64,000 nt of DNA from contig NIVC01000803.1 in the NCBI GenBank assembly GCA_002269645.1, positions 62,001 through 126,000 on the forward strand, given 5' to 3'. The notes below the pieces were generated by a model that was not told the origin of the DNA, made no database searches, and saw only the letters and a program-made list of their open reading frames with translations. This DNA comes from Macrostomum lignano. Its lineage: Eukaryota. Below are positions 12,191-22,729 of this stretch, piece by piece. How positions within the stretch are numbered: position 1 is the first letter of the stretch; every line of letters begins with the position of its first letter. The position numbers were made by a program, and so were the translations under genes.

Positions 12191-14779
12191 GGGAGAGGTT
12201 TCATCTTTCCAAAACGTTATATCTCCGACACTTAAGCTGAGCAGCCTCGTTCACAACTCCGAAAATTCATATCTACGTTAGGGATAGGATTAGGGTTAAG
12301 TTTGTCGGATACATGAAGTTTCAGGGTATGATTTGTCAGAGATATGAAGTGTGGAATTAGATATATGATAATTATATCATATATCAAATATCATATTATA
12401 TCATATATATCATTACATATATTAGATATATTAGATAATTAGATATATGAAGTGTCGGAGATATGAAGTGTCGGATATATGAAGTGTCGGATATATGAAG
12501 TGTCGGAGATATGAAGTGTCGGATATATGAAGTTTTAGAGATATGAAGTGTCGGAGATATGAAGTGTCGGAGATATGAAGTTTTAGAGATATGAAGTGTC
12601 GGAGATATGAAGTTTTAGAGATATGAAGTGTCGGAGATATGAAGTGTCGGAGATATGAAGTGTCGGAGATATGAAGTTTTAGAGATATGAAGTGTCGGAG
12701 ATATGAAGTGTCGGAGATATGAAGTGTCGGAGATATGAAGTGTCGGAGATATGAAGTTTTAGAGATATGAAGTGTCGGAGATATGAAGTGTCGGAGATAT
12801 GAAGTTTTAGAGATATGAAGTGTCGGAGATATGAAGTTTTAGAGATATGAAGTGTCGGAGATATGAAGTGTCGGAGATATGAAGTGTCGGAGATATGAAG
12901 TGTCGGAGATATGAAGTTTTAGAGATATGAAGTGTCGGAGATATGAAGTGTCGGAGATATGAAGTGTCGGAGATATGAAGTTTTAGAGATATGAAGTGTC
13001 GGAGATATGAAGTGTCGGAGATATGAAGTTTTAGAGATATGAAGTGTCGGAGATATGAAGTTTTAGAGATATGAAGTGTCGGAGATATGAAGTGTCGGAG
13101 ATATGAAGTGTCGGAGATATGAAGTTTTAGAGATATGAAGTGTCGGAGATATGAAGTGTCGGAGATATGAAGTGTCGGAGATATGAAGTTTTAGAGATAT
13201 GAAGTGTCGGAGATATGAAGTGTCGGAGATATGAAGTTTTAGAGATATGAAGTGTCGGAGATATGAAGTTTTAGAGATATGAAGTGTCGGAGATATGAAG
13301 TGTCGGAGATATGAAGTGTCGGAGATATGAAGTGTCGGAGATATGAAGTTTTAGAGATATGAAGTGTCGGAGATATGAAGTGTCGGAGATATGAAGTGTC
13401 GGAGATATGAAGTGTCGGAGATATGAAGTGTCGGAGATATGAAGTGTCGGAGATATGAAGTGTCGGAGATATGAAGTTTTAGAGATATGAAGTGTCGGAG
13501 ATATGAAGTGTCGGAGATATGAAGTGTCGGAGATATGAAGTTTTAGAGATATGAAGTGTCGGAGATATGAAGTTTTAGAGATATGAAGTGTCGGAGATAT
13601 GAAGTGTCGGAGATATGAAGTGTCGGAGATATGAAGTTTTAGAGATATGAAGTGTCGGAGATATGAAGTGTCGGAGATATGAAGTGTCGGAGATATGAAG
13701 TTTTAGAGATATGAAGTGTCGGAGATATGAAGTGTCGGAGATATGAAGTGTCGAAGATATGATGTGTCGGATATATGAAGTGTCGGAGATATGAAGTTTT
13801 AGAGATATGAAGTGTCGGAGATATGAAGTTTTAGAGATATGAAGTGTTGGAGATATGAAGTGTCGGAGATATGAAGTGTCGAAGATATGAAGTGTCGGAG
13901 ATATGAAGTTTTAGAGATATGAAGTGTCGGAGATATGAAGTGTCGGAGATATGAAGTGTCGGATATATGAAGTGTCGGAGATATGAAGTGTCGGAGATAT
14001 GAAGTGTCGGAGATATGATGTGTCGGATATATGAAGTGTCGGAGATATGAAGTGTCGGAGATATGAAGTTTTAGAGATATGAAGTGTCGGAGATATGAAG
14101 TGTCGGAGATATGAAGTGTCGGAGATATGATGTGTCGGATATATGAAGTGTCGGAGATATGAAGTTTTAGAGATATGAAGTGTCGGAGATATGAAGTTTT
14201 AGAGATATGAAGTGTTGGAGATATGAAGTGTCGGAGATATGAAGTGTCGGAGATATGAAGTGTCGGAGATATGAAGTGTCGGAGATATGAAGTTTTAGAG
14301 ATATGAAGTGTCGGAGATATGATGTGTCGGATATATGAAGTGTCGGAGATATGAAGTGTCGGAGATATGAAGTTTTAGAGATATGAAGTGTCGGAGATAT
14401 GAAGTGTCGGAGATATGAAGTGTCGGAGATATGATGTGTCGGATATATGAAGTTTTAGAGATATGAAGTGTCGGAGATATGAAGTGTCGGATATATGAAG
14501 TGTCGGAGATATGATGTGTCGGATATATGAAGTGTCGGATATATGAAGTGTCGGAGATATGAAGTGTCGGAGATATGATGTGTCGGATATATGAAGTGTC
14601 GGAGATATGATGTGTCGGATATATGAAGTGTCGGAGATATGAAGTGTCGGAGATATGAAGTGTCGGAGATATGAAGTGTCGGAGATATGAAGTTTTAGAG
14701 ATATCAAGTGTCGGAGATATGAAGTGTCGGAGATATGAAGTGTCGGAGATATGATGTGTCGGATATATGAAAGCATCCC
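12191..14779. mobile_element. Non-autonomous Mutator-like/foldback TIR element whose right arm is a 2.3-kb 16-bp satellite
   Basis: Left end GGGAGAGGTTTCAT (12191), right end ATGAAAGCATCCC (14779). Flanks TGTACAATAA (12181-12190) and TGTACAATTA (14780-14789) form a 10-bp TSD with one mismatch. The left arm holds inverted copies of the satellite unit (TATATCTCCGACACTT). The right arm has about 145 units of GAGATATGAAGTGTCG / GAGATATGAAGTTTTA. Confidence 0.8.
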
Positions 14780-15428
14780 TGTACAATTACGCAGTCTTAA
14801 AAGTTTAAAACATTAATTACGTAATATTTTAGGGCACTTGTCACACTTCCAACTGATATATTGCATACTTGGGGCGGTGTTATAATACAGTGTTATAATG
14901 ATCTCAAGCAAAATCTGGATATGTTTAGATAATAGACACTGCGCAGGTCTCTATATTTAGTAACAAGTCTCAGAAAATACTAATGATAAAAGATCAAAAA
15001 TAAATAAAGAGTTTCTAATATATATTTTCATATCAAAGATCCGTGATGTCTAGTTGTAGGATAGCTCTGCAAATTAAAAAGTAATTGTCAGAAAACAGCA
15101 AAAAAGGCACATTAATAAACAGCTTTTAAAAAAAGAAAAAAGCTAAATAAATCTAACTTAGACTGACAGTCAAAAGTGCTTTGAATTACAATAGATTTGC
15201 AAGTTTTTTGTTTATCTCTCAATCTAAAATAAATTAAAATTGTAAATTTTACTAACACAACATCGGAGTATAAAATTATGACAGCAATATTTGAAAGGGC
15301 ATCAGATATGTCAACTGGAATGATTTCAGTTTAAAAAAAAGAAAATAGCAAACACACAGAGTCGAACTAAAATGCGCACCTACTACTACCAACAGACAAG
15401 TAGTATAGATACAAGTCCTCTGTCCTCA

Positions 15429-17802
15429 TCACCTGTCGCAGCAGCCGAGGGCATCGCTATTAGTGAGCAGATTAACCATGGGCTCAGCCAGGCTGAGCAG
15501 CCGGAACGGTGGGTGCTGAGCAATCTGCCTGGCATGCGGCAGGCTGTCGGTGATCCAGAAGTGCTCAAATAGGCCCTGACCGTCGGTAAATCGGCGCCAC
15601 GATTCGCGGGGAAACACAGCGTGCGGAACGAAAGCGCTGACAGAGCTGGCGCCAAGAGATTTCAGGGCGGCGGCGCACTGAATCAGAGTGCCGCCTGTCT
15701 GCACCAGGTCGTCAACTATCACCACGTGGCGACCGGCTGGGGAGCCTTCCTTGACGCGGATAACTCGGCTGTCGCCGTCGCGGACCTTTTAAACATGAAT
15801 GGGGGAGAGAATGCAGGGCTTTTGGGGCAACCAATCTGAATAAATGTGGTGGGTGCTGTGGGGTGGTGGGTGCTGTAGGGTGTTGGGTGCTTTGGGGTGG
15901 TGGGTGCTGTAGGGTGTTGGGTGCTTTGGGGTGGTGGGTGCTGTGGGGTGGTGGGTGCTGTAGGGTGTTGGGTGCTGTGGGGTGGTGGGTGCTGTAGGGT
16001 GTTGGGTGCTTTGGGGTGGTGGGTGCTGTAGGGTGTTGGGTGCTTTGGGGTGGTGGGTGCTGTGGGGTGGTGGGTGCTGTAGGGTGTTGGGTGCTGTAGG
16101 GTGTTGGGTGCTTTGGGGTGGTGGGTGCTGTAGGGTGTTGGGTGCTTTGGGGTGGTGGGTGCTGTGGGGTGGTGGGTGCTGTAGGGTGTTGGGTGCTGTG
16201 GGGTGGTGGGTGCTGTAGGATGGTGGGTGCTGTGGGGTGGTGCGTGCTGTGGGGTGGTGTGTGCTGTGGGGTGGTGGGTGGCTGTGGGGTGGTGGGTGCT
16301 GTGAGGTAGTGGTTGCTGTGGGGTGGGTGCTTTTTCTATACCAATTCGAAAATCAGTTAATGCGAATACCTTCAGGCAGGTGATGAGATCGTCGGCGTGT
16401 TCAGGCACGCTAAATGACAGATGAAATCGTTTGAACGCGCCCTCGTCGGGAAAGGCGATTGCTAGGCCAGGCTGGGCTCTGCGCAGGTCATAGAGCTGCG
16501 GATAGAGCAGGCTCATAGCACTGGCTAGCAGCGGCACAACGCAATCGGTGAAGTAGAACCGCTCCTGCAGCGCGTGAATGTCGTACACAACCAGCTGGCA
16601 GGGACCGTGGCGTGTTAAGGGTGTAGAGCTGAGTAGCCTGGCTACGGACATCGCCGTGGCTACTTGACCTTCGCGATCTACGCGCTCCATGGTGCCGCAG
16701 GGAAAATAGGGCAACAGGAGGGTCAGCGAGCGGACAAAATAGCGAGGCAGACTGTGGATTAGCGACACCTGCGGGCGGCGGGCGATAGGGAATTTTAGTG
16801 AGGTTGACAAATTTAAGTTCATTATAGTTTGACTGTGTGCACCTGAGTGCTGATAAGAGAGGACTGTGTGCACCTGAGTGCTGATAAGAGAGGACTGTGT
16901 GCACCTGAGTGCTAATAATAGAGGACTGTGTGCACCTGAGAGCTGATAGAGGGGAATGTGTGCACCTGAGTGCTGATGAGGGGAATGTGTGCATCTGAGT
17001 GCTGATAAGAGGGGACTGTGTGCACCTGAGTGCTGATGAGGGGAATGTGTGCACCTGAGTGCTGATAAGAGGGGACTGTGTGCACCTGAGTGCTAATAAG
17101 AGGGGACTGTGTGCACCTGAGTCCTGATAAGAGAGGGCAGTGTGCACCTGAGTGCTGATAAGAGGGAACTGTGTGCACCTGAGTGCTGATAAGAGGGGAC
17201 TGTGTGCACCTGAGTGCCGATAAGAGAGGGCAGTGTGCACCTGAGTGCTGATAAGAGGGGACTGTGTGCACCTGAGTGCCGATAAGAGAGGGCAGTGTGC
17301 ACCTAAGTGCTGATAAGAGGGAACTGTGTGCACCTGAGTGCTGATAAGAGGGGACTGTGTGCACCTGAGTGCTGATAAGAGGGAACTGTGTGCACCTGAG
17401 TGCTGATAAGAGGGGACTGTGTGCACCTGAGTGCCGATAAGAGAGGGCAGTGTGCACCTAAGTGCTGATAAGAGGGAACTGTGTGCACCTGAGTGCTGAT
17501 AAGAGGGGACTGTGTGCACCTGAGTGCTGATAAGAGGGGACTGTGTGCACTGGTTAAGGAGGGCCGTGCACTAATAACCAAAAGTCGCTTACCTGCTCAA
17601 AGATGACGCTGGGCTCGTGCAAGCTAGCCAAGAAGATAACATCCTGGCCCGCCATTTGTTGAACATTGTGTATAAAAATATTGGGAAATCCGTCTGCAAA
17701 TCGATCCCAGCTGACGGAGTCTTTGTACACAATGAGGCGACTCTTTTGGCCAGCGGCGGTGGCAGCTGAGTGATCAGCGATCTCCTTGGCTAGCTGGGCC
17801 AT
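15429..17802 (-). CDS. Class II (plant PRS3/PRS4-type) ribose-phosphate pyrophosphokinase
   Basis: Exons 17802(or further upstream)-17593, 16768-16370 and 15785-15429, with phase-0 GT-AG introns. Motifs WDRFADGFPNIFI, LPYFPCGTMER, VYDIHALQERFYF, IAFPDEGAFKRF, VRDGDSRVIRVKEG, VIVDDLVQTGGTL and FWITDS match class II PRS. The ATG at 17802 probably lies inside the first conserved strand. The frame is open to the acceptor at 17897 and a candidate donor sits at 17989, so the true start is unresolved. Confidence 0.9.
15846..16330 (+). repeat. 17-bp G-rich minisatellite (GGGTGGTGGGTGCTGTR / GGGTGTTGGGTGCTTTG) in a PRS intron
   Basis: About 28 units with dense GGG runs on the + strand. Confidence 0.95.
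16830..17550. repeat. 31-bp minisatellite (GTGTGCACCTGAGTGCTGATAAGAGGGGACT) in a PRS intron
   Basis: About 23 units, with 29-bp variants. Confidence 0.95.
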
Positions 17803-18038
17803 TGAGCTGTGCGCCAACAGCCACAGCGGTCTGCTTTGATCAGCCTGTGTGGATGAAGCCGCGGGATGGGAAAATTCAATGCTCTTCTTCCCTACCCTGT
17901 GTCAACAAAACTAAGCTTAGTTTACTAAATATTGTACTTCTTTGAAAAATTTTTTTCATCTTTAACAGTTTGGTTCAACTCAGAGTTACTGATCTAAACA
18001 CTCCGGGAGCGGTTTCTTCTGAGTGGCGCTATCATAAA

Positions 18039-18675
18039 GTGAGCAGTCTAATCACTCAGTGAGCAGTCTAATATCACTCAGTGAGCAGTCTAATCACTCA
18101 ATGAGCAGTCTAATCACTCAGTGAGCAGTCTAATCACTCAGTGAGCAGTCTAATCACTCAGTGAGCAGTCTAATATCACTCAGTGAGCAGTCTAATCACT
18201 CAATGAGCAGTCTAATATCACTCAGTGAGCAGTCTAATCACTCAGTGAGCAGTCTAATATCACTCAGTGAGCAGTCTAATCACTCAATGAGCAGTCTAAT
18301 ATCACTCAGTGAGCAGTCTAATCACTCAGTGAGCAGTATAATATCACTCAGTGAGCAGTCTAATATCACTCAATGAGCAGTCTAATATCACTCAGTGAGC
18401 AGTCTAATATCACTCAGTGAGCAGTCTAATATCACTCAGTGAGCAGTCTAATATCACTCAATGAGCAGTCTAATATCACTCAGTGAGCAGTCTAATATCA
18501 TTCAGTGAGCAGTCTAATCACTAAGTGAGCAGTCTAATCACTAAGTGAGCAGTCTAATCACTCAGTGAGCAGTCTAATATCACTCAGTGAGCAGTCTAAT
18601 ATCACTCAATAAGCATTCTAATCACTCAGTGAGCAGTCTAATCACTCAGTGAGCAGTCTAATTACTCAGTGAGCA
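18039..18675. repeat. 20/22-bp minisatellite (GTGAGCAGTCTAAT[AT]CACTCA)
   Basis: About 30 units, mixing two lengths that differ by AT. Confidence 0.95.
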
Positions 18676-19432
18676 CTCCCATTACACAGTAATTACCCAG
18701 TGAGTAATAATGACCATTTCAAAGCATAGAAGTTGGCTAAACAAGACATATAGAACTAACTGAAAACTCTGTTATTTAAAAATAAAAAAGAGACAAAAAC
18801 TAGCAATAAAATACCAGTGGAAATTCTACTTGCGAAATTTGACAAATTCAATATGAATTAAATTTGTAGATAAACGTACATTAAAGTACACCTATGGAAT
18901 GGAAAAGTGCAGTCACTGAGTACTGTTAAAAGCAAAAGTTAAATTCAAATTATTGTTGGTTCATATCAATAAAGCTACAATAGCTTGCAATTAATAAATA
19001 AAATTTACAATTCTATTTTGTAAAGAAAAAAATTTTGTTAAAAACGCTAGCCAATACAGAATGATTTCCCAACAGTGTGCCAAAAACTAACAGGAATGGA
19101 TATCGAGTTCATTTTTTAACAATAAAGAAACTAACTAGCCAGTAGTTGAATGAGTACCATTAAAATTGAAATTATGATAAATAAGACATTCAAAAAGACT
19201 GGCACAGAGCGCACAGCCTTAGGTAACGCGCGCACAGCACAGCCTATTTGATCTAACAAAAATAATTTTTATAAAAATTCAAAACTAATATCTAAATATA
19301 GATAGACAAACACAAGTTAGGAAATTGCATAATAAAAAGTGACCCAGACTCAACAATGATCCTACTTTAGTAATAGTCTAATAGAAAAACACACGAGCTC
19401 AAGTCACAGGGTGTTATACTAATAAGTGCTTC

Positions 19433-21034
19433 TCAGTCTTCGTCTGACGAATGCTCCGATTCGAACTCCGGACTTCCATAGGACTCAGCAGCCGCCTCTT
19501 CGTCTTCATCATAGTAATAATCCCCAACAGCCTCTCTAGTGTAAGATTCCCCAGCCGGTTCCTCCTGCGAATATCGTCGCCTGGCCATGGCGGCCGCGGC
19601 CTCGGCGCCGCCAACCCCGGTCTCGCTGGCGACCAGGTGGCCGACAATGGCGTCGCTAGCCGTCAGCAGCTCTCCGGCCGCGTCGGTCAGCATCTCGTCT
19701 AGCAGCTGCTCGGCGATGGCGTCAGTCAGCTGGGTTGGTCGGAAAGCGGCGCCTCCGGACGACGGATCAGCGGCGGCGGCGGTGGTCAGGAAGTCCCGAT
19801 AACGATCACGCTGCGACCGGATGCTCTGGACCTCCGCCGGGGTCAGCTGCAGCACCGCTGGCTGCCTGCTGCCGCCGAGTCCGCTGCTTTCGCCAAGTTC
19901 AGCGGCCGCAGCCGGCCGTCTGGAGCCGCCGGTTTTAACAAATCGCAGCGGATCTGGCGGCCCGGCCTGCCAGCGGCCGTCAACAGAGCATATCGGCTCG
20001 TCGCCGGCGGCCAGAGCGGCGGCCCAGCGATCGCGAATGTCGTCACCTTCGGTCTCCAGCTGGCTGAGCCGATGGTCGATGTTGCACAGCTCTGCTAAGC
20101 TTCCAGCGATGCTACCGCGGATCAGCGAGCCGGCCGAAGCCGACAGAGCCGGCGTGGCCGACGGGACGAAGCCGCCGCCGGCACGGCCGCCGCCGCCTCC
20201 TCTCAAGCCGAGCTCGCGCTTGACCGCGGCCAGCACCTCGGCAACGATGCGGGACCGCTCCGAGTCGGAGCTGGCGGCGGCGGCGGCCACTTGGCCACTT
20301 GAAGTCGCCGGCTGGTCCGCGACAACGGCGGCCGTACGCGCTGGAGCTGGAGCGGATGGCACAGCAGTAGTCGGTGGGCGATAACGCGACGATGGCTGGC
20401 GTTGCTGCTGTTGTTGTTGCGACACAGCAGACGGAGCGACTCGGGCACTCCTGGGTCTTGTAGGAAACGGCAAGGCTCCTGGACGGCGCTTGGCGGCGCC
20501 ACCAGTGGAGCCGCGTCCAAGCAGACGTTCGGCCTCCAGCTCGGCCATCCTAGTCGCATACTGTTGAACTTCCTCGCGTAGGCGGCGCAGCTCCAACGCT
20601 TCGTGGCGCTTCATTGAGGCGGCGTTCTCGCGCGGATGCCTTGAAGAGGCGGCGCCGGCGCCAGTGGGATTGGGGCGCCAGGCGCGATCAGTGTCGCGAA
20701 CTGGAGGCGAATGACTTCTCGATGGCAGCTGCTGTCTTTGCTGCCGCTGCTGCTGTTGCTGCTCGGCCGTTTTCCTAGAAACCACCGCCCGGCTCTGGCG
20801 CAGCCGCCGTTCAACATTTTTCGGGCCCGGCGGCAGGCCGGCGTCCAGCCTCTCGCGGCTGTGCTGCAGCTCTCGCCTGGCCAGCCGGCCCATCAGCTCC
20901 ATTCGGCGCGGATCGATTCGTTTCTCAATGAGCAGCGGCTGCGGATTGGCCGGCAGCCGGGTGACCAGGTTGCTGGGGGACGCCCGATGGTCCAGGTTGA
21001 ACTGCAGCTGGTTGACCGCCTGGCTTAAATCCAT
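19433..21034 (-). CDS. KIAA0753: Moonraker/OFIP (KIAA0753)-like centriolar-satellite protein, 533 aa, single coding exon
   Basis: The N-terminal NQLQFNLDHRASPSNLVTRLPANPQPLLIEK and C-terminal LQLTPAEVQSIRSQRDRYRDFL...FRPTQLTDAIAEQLLDEMLTDAAGEL resemble the two conserved moonraker blocks (QLQFN...SNLA...IEK; F.PW.IAE...E.L..E.L...A.EL). Recalled similarity, not searched. Confidence 0.65.
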   Translation of the reverse strand: MDLSQAVNQLQFNLDHRASPSNLVTRLPANPQPLLIEKRIDPRRMELMGRLARRELQHSRERLDAGLPPGPKNVERRLRQSRAVVSRKTAEQQQQQRQQRQQLPSRSHSPPVRDTDRAWRPNPTGAGAASSRHPRENAASMKRHEALELRRLREEVQQYATRMAELEAERLLGRGSTGGAAKRRPGALPFPTRPRSARVAPSAVSQQQQQQRQPSSRYRPPTTAVPSAPAPARTAAVVADQPATSSGQVAAAAASSDSERSRIVAEVLAAVKRELGLRGGGGGRAGGGFVPSATPALSASAGSLIRGSIAGSLAELCNIDHRLSQLETEGDDIRDRWAAALAAGDEPICSVDGRWQAGPPDPLRFVKTGGSRRPAAAAELGESSGLGGSRQPAVLQLTPAEVQSIRSQRDRYRDFLTTAAAADPSSGGAAFRPTQLTDAIAEQLLDEMLTDAAGELLTASDAIVGHLVASETGVGGAEAAAAMARRRYSQEEPAGESYTREAVGDYYYDEDEEAAAESYGSPEFESEHSSDED

Positions 21035-21099
21035 GATGCTGGCGGCTGGAATTGTGAGTCATTACAATATAGTTAGAATATATTTATAAAATTTTCAGA

Positions 21100-21245
21100 A
21101 GGGCTGTGGGCACCCTGGTGCAACACTGAGACAATTCTGCACATTCCGCTGACTCCTGAGCACATACAAGCCCACGAATGCTGTACGCAGGCACGCACTC
21201 ACACACACGCTCATTCAGGGTGTACAGCGGCCCTGGCATGTACAC
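21100..21245 (-). mobile_element. Diverged fragment of the 4657/7197 SINE family
   Basis: GGGCTGTGGGCACCC...CCTGAGCACATACAAGC...GGGTGTACAGCGGCCC matches the SINE body. Related fragments occur near 35160-35260 and 43590-43630. Confidence 0.5.
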
Positions 21246-22055
21246 CTTGTTTTTTACTCGTATTTTAATTGTAAATCATGGCTGGCTGACATTTAGCGCC
21301 TACAACTAAAGTACCTCCTGCCGAGTTGCATCCATTGTATTGCCTAAGATGCACATCTTGACTAATGGCTGGCAGGCACTCAATGCATTTCCCATATCCC
21401 AACCATGTGTTTATCAATCACCATCTGTATTTTATTGATACAAACAACCCAACCATGCATGCAAACACAATTGAAGGTGCCTAGGTATATGTGAAGGCAA
21501 AGTTCTGCAGCCAGCATGGCACTAGTGACAACCTCTTTGACTCCCATCTTAATGAGTTCCTCTAGCACCAACTCTACCTAGATAAGTGCTTTGGCAACTC
21601 CCTATACTTAAGTGACATTACTATACTGTGCCTTTAAGACCTCCATAGCTTAGACTTGCACACATCTTAAGTATGCCTTAATAAACTCATTTTGGTTCAT
21701 TTGTTTAGAATTTGGTGTCAAAATAATGTAATAGAAGAAACTAGGACATGGCCAAATAGTATTGCATGGCCTATATTGGTTGTAGGGCTATCATTTTATG
21801 CTAAATATTAATAAATAAATTGCACTTATTTATTATAATTATACTTTGTTTAATGCAATTTGTTTACAAACAAAAATTTCCCCTATTGTTAATTCCTGCA
21901 TGCACTCAATATGATTAGGAATATGGCATCAATGATGTTTATCTATAATTATTTTAATATCTTTATATTAAAAGAGGTATTTTGTAAATTTTTAATTTTG
22001 CTAATTCTATTCTGAATTTTTTTATGTTCCAACTATTTCAATATTTTACCATAGA

Positions 22056-22729
22056 CAGTGATTATTCCCATAGTCCCATGCCAAAAATGACAATATTATC
22101 TATATAAAATCATGCCAACAATACTCTGCTTATTTGTATAAGCCTAGGCCTACTGTATAGCAGCTTAATTATAATAGGCCTACTTAATATTACCTTGGCC
22201 AAGGTGAAATTCATCCTAAAAAATAATTTTGTATAGAAAAAAAAATTAAATGTATATATATGCAAAACTTTATTAATTTTTTCTTTAGCCCTAAGAGAGT
22301 TTAATAAATTAATATTAGTTTTAGTATTTACTATTGCTATATTTAAATGGGTCATTCCACGAAAGAGACCTATTATGTTTTTGAACTTTAAGCACTTGTA
22401 ACTTTTGAACCATAATTCAAAAGGTCCTATTAGATAAAGCTACAAAAAGCAATCTATGTCAAACTTCTAGTTCTATATTTTTCACATAGCTGCTTATGAA
22501 GTCTAAAACAATTGAAAAAATAGCAGAGCATAAACTATGTTGATTGTTGATGGCTATTTGGTAACAAAAAAGGAGTCATGCATACCAACTCAACTGTGCA
22601 TACCTAACTTTTGGTATACTAGGCAAATGCATACCCAAATTTTTGGGTGTATTGTATACTACATGATCTAAAGTATAGCATATAGATAATATTTTCATTA
22701 TTAGCACGAGACCATGGGAATAAGCACTG
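22056..22729. mobile_element. Degenerate MITE-like element with about 50-bp TIRs (CAGTG...CACTG)
   Basis: CAGTGATTATTCCCATAGTCCCATGCCAAAAATGACAATATTATCTATA versus the reverse complement of TATAGATAATATTTTCATTATTAGCACGAGACCATGGGAATAAGCACTG. No TSD found. Confidence 0.5.

Noticed and set aside
12445-14770. CRISPR-like appearance of regular short repeats (also 18039-18675 and 28352-28760)
   Set aside because: Units are contiguous with no unique spacers, there are no cas genes, and the context is eukaryotic.
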